DNA from: Piromyces finnis finn
Taxonomy: Eukaryota > Fungi > Neocallimastigomycota
Assembly: GCA_002104945.1 (NCBI GenBank)
Contig: MCFH01000057.1
Coordinates: 284,584-348,583 of the forward strand
Direction of reading: 5' to 3'
Length of the DNA: 64,000 nucleotides
Positions 38,098-55,048 of the stretch are shown here, piece after piece. A program made the translations under genes and the position numbers. Every line of letters begins with the position of its first letter. Positions within the stretch are counted from its first letter, which is position 1. The notes beneath the pieces are model-generated. The model saw nothing but the letters and a program-made list of their open reading frames with translations. It had not been told where the DNA came from and ran no database searches.

Positions 38098-41000
38098 ATG
38101 TCTTCGCCATATAAAACTACAAATGGAAATCAACCAATTGATCATTTAGATTCAGAATCTAAAAGTTCTGTAAATATAGCAACAGAAATTCTTGAAGCTC
38201 AACGTATTGTAACACGTCGTTTACAACAAAGAAGAGAAAAAGAGAAAAATCAAAGACAAAAAATATATGAAACAACTAATGATAATATTACAGGAAATCA
38301 TTCTGCAGAAGATAATAAAACCACTACCACTACCACCACTACTACATATAATACACGATTAGATAAAAATTATTCTCCTTTATCTTTTAGAAAATCAACA
38401 CTTGTTATTGATGGTCATAGTAATAATAATAGTAGTGATGAAGATAATGATGATGCTACAAAGATTGATGATTCATTTAATAATTCAGATACAGAAGAAA
38501 TAAATATGTCTATTTCTTCTGGGTTAAAAGAGAAAACAGAAATAAGTAATTCTAATGCCGATGATGAAGTAGACGAAATGAATTATTATATGAGACCAGA
38601 TTCAAAATCAAATAAATTTAGTATTAATAAATCACTTTCTGTAAGTAATATATGTTTCTATTATAATTAAACAATAATATTTTCTCTCTCTCTCTCTTTT
38701 TTTTTTTTTTATTTTTTTTTTTATTTTATGAAATTATTTTTTATATTTTTTTTTTATATGGATGAGTTTTTATTTAAATGAATAATCTTTAATATTATCG
38801 GAAATAATTAAATTAAAAACAATTATGTTTATTATTATTCTTTTTGTGATAAAATTAAAAAAAAATTAATTGAATTTTCTTTTTCAAAATCAAATATCAA
38901 ACTAATAAATGTATAAAAATAAAAACAAAACAAAACAAAACAAAAAAAAACTAAAAAAAATAAAGAATTAGTTTTTATTGACTTAAAAATTCTATTTATA
39001 TAATTTTATTTATTATAATAAAATATAATCTAAACTGATATATAGACACCATCATCCTTCAATAAAATTTACCCCAGTATATCCAATAGTGTTTCTAAAT
39101 CAAATACCTTTTTAAAATTATCAAAAGAAGAAACATTAGTAAATGACGATAATAGAAAAGAACCATCATTGAATAAATACAATAAACAAAATATTAGTAC
39201 AAGTTATCAATCATCAGACCCTAAAGGACATGTTAATCTAGGAAGAAAAATGACACCACCTATACAACAAAATATTCAAAATAATGATGATTATTTTATA
39301 GAAGAAGAAGACATGTATAAAGATAATCGTAAGTTTTAATTAAAAAAATATATTAATATCTAAATGAAATAATACTTTCAAAAGAATAATTCTGGATATA
39401 TTCATATATATTAATTAATTATTATATAATTATATATTATATTATAACTTTAGCATTTTTATATTATTTAATATACCCATTAAAAAAAACTATAAAATTA
39501 TTATCATTAATGTTATATGGTTTATATCAACTCTTTACATCAAAGTAATTATTTATATATATACACTATTATTATTATTGTATTACAATTAATTATTTTA
39601 TCATAATTAATCATCATCTTATAACTTTTCTATTTAATTAATATATTTCTACCATATTTTAAAATGAAAATATCTTTTATTTTTTAATTCAATTGAAAAT
39701 GGAATAATAAATAATTATTAATGTGCATCAAAATTTACGTCATAAATATTAAACTCAATATGAAACCTATTATTTTTATTGTATCTTATATTTATTATTA
39801 ACATTAAAAGACCTTTCATATTACTTTTATTATTTAGTATTGGTTATTGTACAATTGATTCAAGATACATTAATTCTCTTGTTTCAGAAGCAAAATATCT
39901 TTCAGGTATACGATCAATTACAACCAGAAGTGAATATTGGAAATCATTATGGGATCATGTACGTTCACCATTTACAGCAACACCTGTTTCAACAAACCCT
40001 ACCTCTGGATTAAATAGTAACACCGAAAAATATTATAATAAGATTATTAATAATCTAAATAAACGTCTTGATAACATTCAATTTCAAATTAATGCTATTA
40101 CTGAAAAAACCGATTATTTAGTTAAAGATTCAGAAGAATTGTCAAAAGAGTTTAATAATGTAAAATATAATGAAATGTTTACAAAGTTTAATGATGATTT
40201 AGAACAAATTTCCAATGAAATTAATCATATACAAGACAGTTATAAGGACTATTTGAATTCCTTGTTTGATAAAGAATTCAGTCCAAATAATGAAAAGTTA
40301 ATAAAATTCGAAAATGAAATTAACAGTATGAAAACATTATTAGATAATTATAAGACAGAAATTGAAAAAATTTCAAGTATCAAAATGAGTGATGAAAACG
40401 ATTTTAAAAAACTTCAAGAAGAGATCAATAGTATGAACGATAAAATTATTCAATTAGATAGTAAAGCATCTTTTACTTCTACAGAGGATTCGGAAAAGAT
40501 AAATGAAAATGAAAAGAAATTAACTTTGATTCATAATGAACTTACTTCTCTTTTCAATAGATTTGAAGAGATGGAACGTCAATTTAAAAACGGTGATGAT
40601 TCGAATATTGAAAAATTCGATTTCATTCATAAGCTTTTCGAAAGTGCAAATGAAAGATTAAGTGAAGTGGAAGATAAAATGAATAAACTTAATATTGATC
40701 GTCTTCTTTCCTTTGAAGAAAGTGATCAACAACAAAATATTGTTAATTACATTGATCTTCATAATCGACAAAAAGAAGATCATGAAAAGTTGGTCGAAAT
40801 GGAAAATAAATGGGACAATTTCCAAAATGGTTATAGTCAAACTGAAAAAGATTTATCTTATATTTCTGGTGTGTTAAAGGCTCTTTCTGAAAATCAAGAA
40901 AAACTTTCTAGAGAATATGAAGAATTAGTTGAAACTTTCCCAGAACAAGTTGCTGACATTACTGAAAAAACCATACGTCAAGATTTTGTGGGATTACCCG

Positions 41001-41620
41001 ATTTTGCTTTGGAAAGTGGAGGAGCTAGAGTTATTTCTAAATTAACAAGTGAAACCTATCAACTTCAACCAGAAGGATTTGTTGGAGCATTAAGTAAATT
41101 ATTAGGTGTTGCCATTAAACCCGGTAGACCTCCAACAGAAGCAATTCAACCTACCGTTCATGCAGGAGAATGTTGGGGTATGAAGGGTTCCAGTGGTGTT
41201 TTAACTCTTAAATTATCCAAGAGTATTATACCTACTCAAATTACTCTGGAACATTTATCAAAAGAAATATCATTTTCAATTTCTTCTGCTCCACGTTTTA
41301 TTGAAATTTATGCTATCCATGATATTAAAGCTTTTTCAGCAAATTATATTGCTCATTCACTTGATTTAGTTGGTTCAGATAAACCTTATACCACTTTAAT
41401 TGGAAAAATAGAATATGATCCAGCTAAAAAATCACTTCAAACCTTTGATGTTGATTTATTATCTGATCCAATTCAATACATTCAATTCCAATTCCTTGAA
41501 AATTGGGGTCATTCCGATTACACTTGTATTTATCGTGTTCGTGTTCACGGAACACCAGTTGCCATGACATCAACTAAAAAAGAAGAAGAGGTTCCAGTAG
41601 TAGAGTCTGAAAAGTCGTAA
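38098..41620 (+). CDS. SUN-domain nuclear envelope protein (Sad1/UNC-84 family)
   Basis: N-terminal exons about 38098-38640 and 39040-39328; large exon ~39811-41620 with a hydrophobic segment, long coiled coil and SUN domain (DFALESGGARVI...GECWGMKGSSG...TLEH...SSAPR...NWGHSDYTCIYRVRVHG). The phase of the exon junction before 39811 could not be resolved. Confidence 0.9.
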
Positions 41621-41975
41621 AAAAAAAAAAGATGAATTAAATCATAATACAGTTCCTAATCATAAAAAAAAAAAAAAAAGAAAAAATTTATTTCTTTCTT
41701 TTAATCCTTATCATCCTTATCCTTATCATTACCCCATATAAAGAAAAGTCAATAATAAAATTTTTTAAGTGAATCTATCAAAAAAGGAAATATAAAATTT
41801 TCACAGGGTATTATTTTTAATTTATATAAATACCAGTACAAGCACGCATTAAAAGTATAAGCAAAAAAAAAAAAAAAAAAAAAAGAAACTATTTGTTATT
41901 TATTTTATGAAAAATTTAAAAAAAAATTTTTTTTTTTTGTTTTTTTGTTTTTTATTTTTTATTATTTTAACCTTT

Positions 41976-42013
<38 letters not shown>

Positions 42014-42454
42014 GAAATATAAACAAAAAAAAAAAAAGTTTATGAAATTAAATATAATTATTCTTTTATTATATACAATATCATTTTATAATATTTTTTT
42101 TTTCTCTATATATATTTATATCATTTTTTCACATTTATTACCAATAGTTAATATCTTTTTTTTTTTTTTTATCTCTATTTTTCTATTTTATCTTTTATAT
42201 AAATTCATCCTTTTAAATATGATTAAAAAAAAAAAAAAAGAAAAATAAAATATTTATTATATAAAAAAATTTATTGTTTTTTATTTTTTATTTTTTATAT
42301 TTTTTATTAAATTAATTCTTAATTTTCTTTATTGTTTTATTTAGTTAATAAAATATTTTTATTAATTATAATTATATATACAATAGTGATGATGATAATC
42401 TCTCTTTTTTTTTATAATTTTTATATATACAAAGTAACTTTTTTTGTATTATTA

Positions 42455-45175
<2,721 letters not shown>

Positions 45176-45489
45176 TGTAAAAATTATTTATTTAATGTTT
45201 ATAATAAATGTTGAATTGTATGAGATATTTTGTATTACAAGATTGTACTTTTAATTATAATAAAAAATACAAAGTAACAAAATTATAAGAATTTCAATAT
45301 CAATATTTAAACAGTTATTCCGTAATAAATATTTTTATTATCAATATATTTTATTTTTCTTTTTAAAAAAATAAAGAAAAAATGATAATTTTGGGTTAAG
45401 TATATTAATTATAAATTTTGTCAATTCAAATTAAATAAATAAATGAAAAAAAATAAACATTTATCATATATTATTTTTATATATGGTTT

Positions 45490-45520
<31 letters not shown>

Positions 45521-45823
45521 CATTTATAACTTTTTGCACAGTAAAAAAGAAAGTGGAAGAGCAAAAAAAAATAAAAAATAAAAATAATAATAGTAATAAA
45601 TAAAGAAATAAAGAAAAACATTAATAATACATTAATAATATAAAGTATGATTACTAGTAACATTCACAGATATTTAACAAACATTTTTAGAATAAAAAAA
45701 ATATTAACAAATTTTTTAAAAATTGACACAAAAAGAAAAGGAATATTACAATATAAATAAAAATATATAATATATACATATATACAATATAAAAATGGGA
45801 ATATTTACAATATAAAATTTTAA

Positions 45824-48150
45824 TTAGGAATGAACTATTGACTTGGCATAGTCATCAATAAGATGTTCAATTTCTTTATTGCCATAAATATAAGCAATCT
45901 TTTTAGCATTATATCCATTATTATCCTTTAATGAGGTATCAATATAAGGTTTCCAATGAGAAATACTACTATTGCGTTGAATATTTATTTCATCTAAAAT
46001 ATTTTCCAACTTCATGACATCCTTTTTGTCGAGAGTTAAAGTATTGGTTGAATTTTCAATTAATTTTGATGAAATGTCATCTATATCTGAAACAGTGACT
46101 TTCACTGTTTCTTTTGGAGAATAAGATTTAATTAATAATTCAACTATATCACTTTTTTCATTATTAACAGCTTTTATTAAAGCTGTTTCACCATACCGAT
46201 CTTGTAAATTAATATCAAGAAAAGAATATTTTAAAAGATGACTAATATTTTCTTTATCATTCACACCAACTAGAATCATAAGTAGGGTATATCCATATGA
46301 ATTTTGAGTATTAATTGTTTTTTCAATGATGTAATCTTGAATTTTTGATTTTATGTTTTTCAGATGTTGTAAATTACAAATTACTTTATTGGTATTTGAT
46401 TTTTGCAAAGTTTTTTGAGGTATTCTATTTTTGATGATATTTTTATTTTTTAAAGATTGTAAATTTAATATTTTTAAATCTATATTTTTATTACACTCTT
46501 GATAAAAGGTTTCGCTCATGGATTGTGATAAAAATGGGATGAAAGATTTATCATGTTGGAAAACATTTTGAAATATAGTTTTTGTTTTTTCTAAACTATA
46601 GCTCTTTAACCAGGTATCCAATTGAAAATCTTTTTGACATTGGCATTCAAACCAATATTTTATTAATGATGCTGTCATTTCTTCTTGTTCAAAGAAGGAA
46701 AAATCATTAAGGGTTGTTGAAAGAGCAGAAGGAGAGGATAATTTTTTAAAAAAGTTTTCTTTTTCTTCTTTAAAAAGTTTTGGATGTTGAAGGATGAGTC
46801 GTGATAAATAGAAATAGCCATGCTTTAAAGAAATAGAAAGGGCTGATTCTTTATCGCTATCTTTTAAATTAATATTAATATTTGGATGTGCGAGTAACTT
46901 TTTCACAATACCTTCATAGTTATTTTGTATAGCTAGCATTAATGGGGTAGAAAGATTTCTATTTTGAATATTAACATCAATATCTTGTCGATAAAGTAAA
47001 TCATCTACTAATGAATGCATATTCTGGTACTCAATCGCGAGAAGTAGAGGACAATCACCAAAAATGTTTTTACAGTTAATATCAATTTGTTTTTGTTTCA
47101 CAAGATATTTTGCAATTTTAATATTTTTGCATTTAATGGAAAGAAGAAGGGCAGTTTCATCATTTTCATCTTTAAGATTTAAATTAATATCTGGTTTGGT
47201 AACAAGAATATGAACATTTTCTTTATTATCTATAGCGTTACTTGTTGCATACATTAATGCCGTACCACCATAATCATTTGATAAATTAATATCAATATTT
47301 TTATGATCTAAAAGACTTTTCATGGCTTCGTAATTACCACATTCAACTGCAGTCATTAAAGAAGTATTACCACAGAGACCTCTATAGTTAATATCAAGTT
47401 TTTCCTGAGCCAGAAACAAATCAACTAATTCTTGGTTAAATTTCAGAATTGCCATATCTAATGGTGTTTTTCCAAGTTTACTAATAATATTTATATTAAC
47501 AAGGTTATCATTTAAATATTTCCGAATTATTTTTTTATCTCCCTTTTCACATGCGTTTAAAAAAGCAACACTTTTCACAATCTCTTTATACTGACTAATT
47601 TTTTTGGTCATGGAGAGTTCTTTATTCTCAATAGACCATTGATACGCATAAATAAGTAATAATTTACAAAAATGTTGAAATTCGTAAAGATAATTTATTT
47701 CAAAATTATACCGTTTTATTATTTCTTCCTCTTCTCTTGACACCAATACATTTTTTTTCTTATAGCAATTAAATATTAGGAAAAGAATGTAATCTCGTTG
47801 AATGGATATTGGGAGTTGATAAAATAATTTTCCATTTTCAATTGCAGCTTGAATAAACAATAAATTTTGGTTATTTAATACTCGAAGGAATATTATTTGA
47901 ATTTCTCTATAACATTCTATTACAAGATCAACTACATTACTTGACATAAGTGACGATTCATAATGAATTAAATTGTTTAAACAATTTTTATTATTTTTTA
48001 TTATGTTTTTTTTAATTTTATTATTATCATCATTTTCTAAATTAAGATGTTTAACTTTAACCTCATTAAACAATAATACATTAAAATTTATACAATTTTC
48101 AATTAATACAGACAGTTTTAATTGTTTTTTTGATACAGTTTCAGTTTTCA

Positions 48151-48151
<1 letters not shown>
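45824..48151 (-). CDS. Intronless ankyrin-repeat protein, 775 aa
   Basis: Uninterrupted ORF with about 8 consecutive ankyrin repeats (GKTPLDMA, GNTSLMTA, GGTALMYA, DETALLLS, GDCPLLLA, LSTPLMLA, KESALSIS) and a second cluster (GYTLLMIL, GETALIKA, GYNAKKIA). Confidence 0.85.
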
Positions 48152-48184
<33 letters not shown>

Positions 48185-49534
48185 AAAGTAATTAGTTTGT
48201 CAAATAATTACTAATATTGAAGTTTGGCATATATAAATATTAATTGGTTTATAATTATGAATTAAATACTACGAAATTTAAAAATTATATACAAAACAGA
48301 TTTCAAAATTTAAAATGCATATATAGCAATGTATTTACACAATTTATATATATTAGTACATTTAATAATATGAAAAATAAAAAGTCATTTAAATAACTTT
48401 ATATTAAACATTTTCTGTAATTAATAAATTATTTTGCTATCATTTTATAATTCATTGTATATAGAAAACTTTTTTATTTTTACTTTAAATATTTTATATA
48501 TTTTTTTAAGTTAATCTACGAATTAATTTAAAAGGATTATTGGAAATTTTTTTTTTTTTTTTTGAAATTTTAAAATAAAATACCACTTCAAAGGGTTATG
48601 TTATTTTTAAAATAATATATAATATAATTGATTTCAAATTATAACTTTTAGTAAAAGTCTACCTACCTACCTACTATATATAAAATTAAAATAGAAATAA
48701 AAAAAAGACTTTTCGGATACTACGATATAACCTAATTTTCACTACATTTTAAATTAATAATAATTAAAATTTTATACTTTTTAAATGATATTTATCAAAC
48801 TTTTCAATGGTATAAAAAAATATTTTAATAAATTATTCAGTTTTTAACCCAAAATACAGTTTTACAATTTTCGGATAAAAAATAGATATAAACTCTATCT
48901 ACAATATTACAAAATATTAACTTTACATTAAAAAGTGGACAAGACTATTTTTCCTTTTATTTTTTGTATTTTTATAATAGTATTTTTATTCACAAATAAA
49001 GTTTTATTAAAGTTTCAAAGAAAATACTTTCTGTTTTGTAAGATATATTTTATAAATCCCTAAATAATTTTATATTTTACATATTTTAATAATTTTATTT
49101 TATTATTATTTATATATAAATGATAATTAAGAATGAAAAAATATTGGGATTATTTTTAGTATGTGACATTTTTATATAAATCAAAAAAAAGATAAAGTAT
49201 AAAATATAATGTCATAACAAGTAGAAATAATAATAAAAATATATTAATATGATATAAAGTACTTAACAATTATATATATATAAAGAATATTATATCAATA
49301 AAGAATATTAACACATGTTTAAAAATATAAAAACTGAAATGTTATAGACACACCTTATTAAATTTTGTTGACAAAAAATAATTACAAATTGTATACAATA
49401 ATATACAATTTTATTTTAATAAATTTAAATGTATTAAACTTTAAAAACTTTAATTTATATTAATTTTGAAAATTTAAAAAAGATTAAAATTTACTTTTTT
49501 TTGAAAATGGAAAAATTATTAACCCAAGAAAATA

Positions 49535-49565
<31 letters not shown>

Positions 49566-51716
49566 TAATAATTATTCCATTTTTAAGGTATCAAGTTTAA
49601 GCTATTTATAAAAAAGCTATTAATACTTTTTCTTTCCAATTAATAAAAAATAAATATAATTTTGTTATTACTTTTTTATTTTTATATCATTACTATTACT
49701 CGTTTCAAATTTATATAATTTATATGGAATACTTTGACATCTAAAAATATAAATTCAATTTTATCCAATTAAAATTTTTAACTTTCAATATAAAGAATAT
49801 GATATTTTGGTATAATTATATAAGAATAAAATAAAAAAAAAAAAAAATGGAATAACTATATTTAAGTAAAAAAAAAAGTACTATTCATTATATATTTTAG
49901 AAGGATTATTATTATTGTTTTATATTATCTTACACTCTAAAATATATCTTTTTTAATTCACTAAAAATTTAATTTTAATTTATAAAAGACCACATTTTAT
50001 TTCATTTATTATATAGTATATAAAGTTTAAAATTCATGCATATCCCAAAACAAATTTAAAATAGTGGAGATGAAAAAATAATAAAATAAAATTGTTTTAA
50101 TAAAGTTATATTTTTAGATTTTAACAATTATTCATTTATCTGTAATAACCATTATAAATATGATGTTTATAGTAGTAATAACAATAACTAAAACCCTTAC
50201 ACAAAGATTTATTTATATATATACCATTAGTTAATTAAAATTACAGATGAATTTTAAGGATAATAATTAATAAATTTTTATATAAATTATAAATTATATA
50301 ATAATTATACTTTGAAGATGGCAAAAGTAAGAAATTATATATATAGGAATTGAAATTGTCAATGATAATTACATTTCAATTTATGATATAAAAGAATGAA
50401 ATGTAATAATAAAGAAAGCATGGGAATAGTTTAAGATGTGAAGTACATTAACTATAAATGAACAAAGTCGTATAAATTAAACTTTAATAATTTCAAAAAA
50501 AAAAAAGGTTTAACATTTTATTCCTTTTTTCATTAATTATCAGAATTATAAAAAAATACTATTAACTATTTTTTATATTCATTAATATATATTTTAAAAA
50601 AATGTACATTTTCATCATCTTCTTATTCAGAAAAACTAATCTTTTTTGAGGTAACAGTCACTAAAAATTAATAGCTTCACCTCTATTACAATCATGGTAT
50701 CTCGAGTAAATTTATTCATATATTATTATTATTATTTTTTTTTTCAATTTAAAAAAATCAACCATTTTAATTTATAACCAAAAAAAATAATATATGAATA
50801 ATAAATTGCGATATATAAATATTTCTATTAATTTTAAAGTTATTAAATAGCTCAATTTAAATTTATTATATAATAATAATTCAAATCTATTATTAAATCT
50901 TTAAATTAAATTTATTCAATCATATAATACAATTTTATTATAAATATAAACTTATTTATTTATACAATTAATATTTACCTATCATTTTTAATAGTTTAAC
51001 TTTTTTTTCTAAATTTTATTTACTACAATATTTTAATAATTAATTAAATAGTTTATTATAAATTTATTCACAATATATTATTAAATCAATTCTATACAAT
51101 ATCAACATAATTTTATACACGTGTTCATGGATTATACATAAATTAATAAATGATACTAATAAATTTATATTTTTTAGTCCAATTGATTTAAAGTCGTGGC
51201 TTTTTTTTAGCATCCTTCCAATCATTATCGAATTTTTTTTTTTTTTTTTTAGCTATTGATGCTTATTATAACCTATTATATGAAGATTTGGAAATCATAT
51301 AAAAGAAACGAATTTCCATAATATTATTAGTTCTTCACACATAATTTTTAAATTAGCTTCTGACACGAAGAAGCCATTAAAATATATACACTTTTTTTTT
51401 TCATTTATTTATTTTTAATATAAAGTAAGCATATTAATTATATAAAATATATAATAAATTATAAATAAAAAATTATATGAATAATAAAAAAAAATAAAAA
51501 TTATAAACAATTAAATAATTGATAAATAGTAAAATAAATGTTGGAATTTATAAAATTATAATAGATTATAATATTTATATGAAATATTATAGTATAGAAT
51601 TATATAATGAATTAATATTTCGATTAAATTTATTATTTAATTAAAGTATAATGTTGAGTAAATTCTAATAAATATATTATTTATAATTATTTGTTACAGA
51701 ACGAAATAAAGACAAA

Positions 51717-54257
51717 ATGGTTAACTTTACTATTGATGAAGTTCACGATCTTATGAAAAAGAAGCGTAACATTCGTAACATGAGTGTTATTGCTCACGTC
51801 GATCACGGTAAGTCCACCATTTCCGATTCCTTAGTTTCTAAGGCCGGTATTATTGCTTCTGAAAAGGCTGGTGACCAACGTTATATGGATACCCGTCCAG
51901 ATGAACAAATGCGTGGTATTACTATTAAGTCTACTGCCATTTCTATGTTCTTTGAAATGGAAGAAGAAAACCTTCACCTTGTCAAGGAAGAAACCGATGG
52001 TAAGGAATTCTTAATTAACCTTATCGATTCCCCAGGACACGTCGATTTCTCTTCTGAAGTTACTGCTGCCCTTCGTGTCACTGATGGTGCTCTCGTTGTC
52101 GTCGATTGTATTGAAGGTGTCTCTGTCCAAACTGAAACTGTTTTACGTCAAGCCCTTACTGAATACATTAAGCCAGTCGTTATCGTTAACAAGGTCGACC
52201 GTGCTCTTCTTGAATTACAACAAACTAAGGAAGATCTTTACCAATCCTTATGTAGAACTATTGAAAACCTTAACATTACCATTTCTACTTACCAATCTAA
52301 GGCTCTTGGTGATGTCCAAATTGTTCCAACTGAAGGTACTATTGCTTTCGGTTCCGGTCTTCAAGCCTGGGCTTTCACTCTTCTTGATATCTCTCGTCTT
52401 TACGCCAAGAAGTTCGGTATTCCAGTCGACAAGATGATGAAGAGACTTTGGGGTGACCACTACTTCAACCACCGTACTAAGAAGTGGACTACCAAGTCTG
52501 ATGATGGTAAGGGTGGACAACTCGAACGTGCTTTCTGTATGTTCGCTCTTGACCCAATCTACCGTCTCTTCGATACCATCATGAAGGGTGACAAGAAGCA
52601 AATCATGACTCTTGTTGACAAGCTCGGTATTCAACTTAAGTCTGATGAAGCTGGTCTTGAAGGTAAGCACCTCTTAAAGACTGTTATGAGAAAATTCCTT
52701 CCAGCCGCCGATGCTTTATTGGAAATGATGGTCATTCACTTACCATCTCCAGTCGTCGCTCAAAAGTACAGAGTTGACAACTTATACGAAGGTCCAGGTG
52801 ATGATGCTTGTGCCACCGCTATCCGTAACTGTGATCCAAACGGTCCACTTATGGTTTACGTCTCTAAGATGGTTCCAACTTCTGATAAGGGTCGTTTCTA
52901 CGCCTTCGGTCGTGTCTTCTCTGGTACCATCCGTGCCGGTCTTAAGGTCCGTATCCAAGGTCCAAACTACGTTCCAGGTAAGAAGGATGATCTCTTCGTT
53001 AAGAACGTTCAACGTACTGTTCTTATGATGGGTCGTACTGTCGAACCAATTGAAGATGTTCCATGTGGTAACCTTGTCGGTCTTGTCGGTCTTGACCAAT
53101 ACCTTCTCAAGTCTGGTACTCTTTCTACTGATGAAAACGCCTACAACCTTAGAGTCATGAAGTTCTCTGTCTCTCCAGTCGTCCAAGTTTCCGTTCGTCC
53201 AAAGAACCCATCTGACTTACCAAAGCTTGTCGAAGGTCTTAAGCGTCTTTCTAAGTCTGATCCATGTGTCCAAGTTACTACCAACGATGCTGGTGAACAC
53301 ATTGTTGCTGGTGCTGGTGAACTTCACTTAGAAATTTGTCTTAAGGATCTTGAAGAAGATCACGCTCAAATTCCAATTATTAAGATGGACCCAATCGTTA
53401 CCTACCGTGAAACCGTTACCACTGAATCCGACCGTGTCTGTCTTTCTAAGTCTCCAAACAAGCACAACCGTATCTTCATGAAGGCTCTTCCACTTGCTGA
53501 AGAACTCAGTAACGATATTGAAGCCGCCACTGAAGGTAAGTGCTCCCCACGTGATGATGTTAAGGTTCGTGCTCGTTACCTTGCTGAAACTTACGAATGG
53601 GATGTTATGGAAGCTCGTAAGATCTGGGCCTTCGCTCCAAACTCCAGCGGTCCAAACGTTCTTGTCGATTGTACCAAGGCTGTCCAATACCTTAATGAAA
53701 TTAAGGATTCTTGTATTGCCGGTTTCGAATGGGCCTCTAAGGAAGGTGTTCTCTGTGATGAAAACATGCGTGGTGTCCGTTTCAACATTTTAGATGTTAC
53801 CCTTCACGCTGATTCCATTCACCGTGGTGGTGGTCAAATTATCCCAACCCTCCGTCGTGTCTGTTACGCCTCCCAACTTACTGCTAAGCCAACTCTTCAA
53901 GAACCAATCTTCCTTTGTGAAATTACTTGTCCAGCTTCCGCTATGGGTGGTGTCTACACTGTCCTTAACCAACGTCGTGGTCGTGTCACTGATGATGAAG
54001 TTCGTCCAGGTACTGATATGCACGTCATTAAGGGTTACCTCCCAATTGCTGAATCCTTCGGTTTCACTGAATCCCTTCGTGCTGAAACTGGTGGTCAAGC
54101 CTTCCCTAACTGTCTCTTCGATCACTGGGAAGTCATGGAAGGTGAAATCGATTCTCCAAACGCCAACAAGTTACAAGAAATCGTTCGCTCCATCCGTAAG
54201 AGAAAGGGTCTTGCTGAAGAAGTTCCATCTCTTGATAAGTTCTTCGATAAGCTTTAA
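51717..54257 (+). CDS. EFT2: Translation elongation factor 2 (eEF2), intronless CDS with strong codon bias
   Basis: 846 aa. [60 protein letters not shown], and the diphthamide loop [17 protein letters not shown]. Confidence 0.97.
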   Translation: MVNFTIDEVHDLMKKKRNIRNMSVIAHVDHGKSTISDSLVSKAGIIASEKAGDQRYMDTRPDEQMRGITIKSTAISMFFEMEEENLHLVKEETDGKEFLINLIDSPGHVDFSSEVTAALRVTDGALVVVDCIEGVSVQTETVLRQALTEYIKPVVIVNKVDRALLELQQTKEDLYQSLCRTIENLNITISTYQSKALGDVQIVPTEGTIAFGSGLQAWAFTLLDISRLYAKKFGIPVDKMMKRLWGDHYFNHRTKKWTTKSDDGKGGQLERAFCMFALDPIYRLFDTIMKGDKKQIMTLVDKLGIQLKSDEAGLEGKHLLKTVMRKFLPAADALLEMMVIHLPSPVVAQKYRVDNLYEGPGDDACATAIRNCDPNGPLMVYVSKMVPTSDKGRFYAFGRVFSGTIRAGLKVRIQGPNYVPGKKDDLFVKNVQRTVLMMGRTVEPIEDVPCGNLVGLVGLDQYLLKSGTLSTDENAYNLRVMKFSVSPVVQVSVRPKNPSDLPKLVEGLKRLSKSDPCVQVTTNDAGEHIVAGAGELHLEICLKDLEEDHAQIPIIKMDPIVTYRETVTTESDRVCLSKSPNKHNRIFMKALPLAEELSNDIEAATEGKCSPRDDVKVRARYLAETYEWDVMEARKIWAFAPNSSGPNVLVDCTKAVQYLNEIKDSCIAGFEWASKEGVLCDENMRGVRFNILDVTLHADSIHRGGGQIIPTLRRVCYASQLTAKPTLQEPIFLCEITCPASAMGGVYTVLNQRRGRVTDDEVRPGTDMHVIKGYLPIAESFGFTESLRAETGGQAFPNCLFDHWEVMEGEIDSPNANKLQEIVRSIRKRKGLAEEVPSLDKFFDKL

Positions 54258-54819
54258 GCGCCTTAACAAATACATTAAAGTTTACCATTTATTATCTAGA
54301 ATAATTAAAGGGACAAAACAAAGAATTCTTTTTATTTAAATTTCTTAGATGTAAAAGTAGTACTTATTTGTTTCTTTATTTATAGAAAATGAATTATTAT
54401 AAATTAAGCAGAATTTTATGCTTTTAAAAACAAAAATCCTACTAATATAATTATAATAACGAGTTTCATAAATTATTTAAATCAAAATTAAGCAAAAACA
54501 AATTAAACGAAAAAAAGAAGTTGTGTGAAAAAAAAAGTGAACAAATGTAAAAAAATAAAAATAAAATTTTATTTTTTTTTTAAAATAATATATATACATT
54601 ATCAAAAAAAATTGGAAAAATATAAAAATTAATAAAAACATAATATAAAATAATAAAAAATATATTATTAAAATTTTGTATGTTTTAATGAGTGTGTATT
54701 TATTTATTTCATTAATTTTATTGGAAAGAAGATATGAAAAGGTTAAGTGTATATTAAAAATTAATGGATTTGATTTGATTATATTTAAGGGTGATTAAAT
54801 AATAATAAAATTTCAACAA

Positions 54820-54912
54820 GCTCGTGTAGCCTAGAGGTTTAAGGCGTCGTGCTTATAAGGGTGATCCTCTTATGCAACGCGAAGATCGCGGGTTCGACCC
54901 CCGCCATGAGCA
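54820..54912 (+). tRNA. tRNA-Ile(UAU) with 19-nt intron
   Basis: Cloverleaf GCTCGTG TA GCCT...AGGC G TCGTG CT TAT A[agggtgatcctcttatgca]A CGCGA AGATC GCGGG TTCGACC CCCGC CATGAGC A; 74 nt when spliced. Confidence 0.92.
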
Positions 54913-54918
54913 TTCATT

Positions 54919-54990
54919 GCCAGCTTGGCTTAGTGGTAGAGCGTCGCTCTTGTAAAGCGAAGGTCGGTGGTTCAATTCCGTCAGTTGGCA
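54919..54990 (+). tRNA. tRNA-Thr(UGU)
   Basis: 72-nt cloverleaf GCCAGCT...AGTTGGC A; anticodon TGT; 6 nt downstream of tRNA-Ile and followed by a T-rich terminator. Confidence 0.95.
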
Positions 54991-55048
54991 ATTATTTTAT
55001 TTTTATTTTATTATTTTTTTTTTTTTTTGTTTAAAAGGAATATCCCTA

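Noticed and set aside
52075-54339. Multiple overlapping sense and antisense ORFs inside eEF2
   Set aside because: Expected shadow ORFs from strong codon bias that depletes stop codons in alternative frames.
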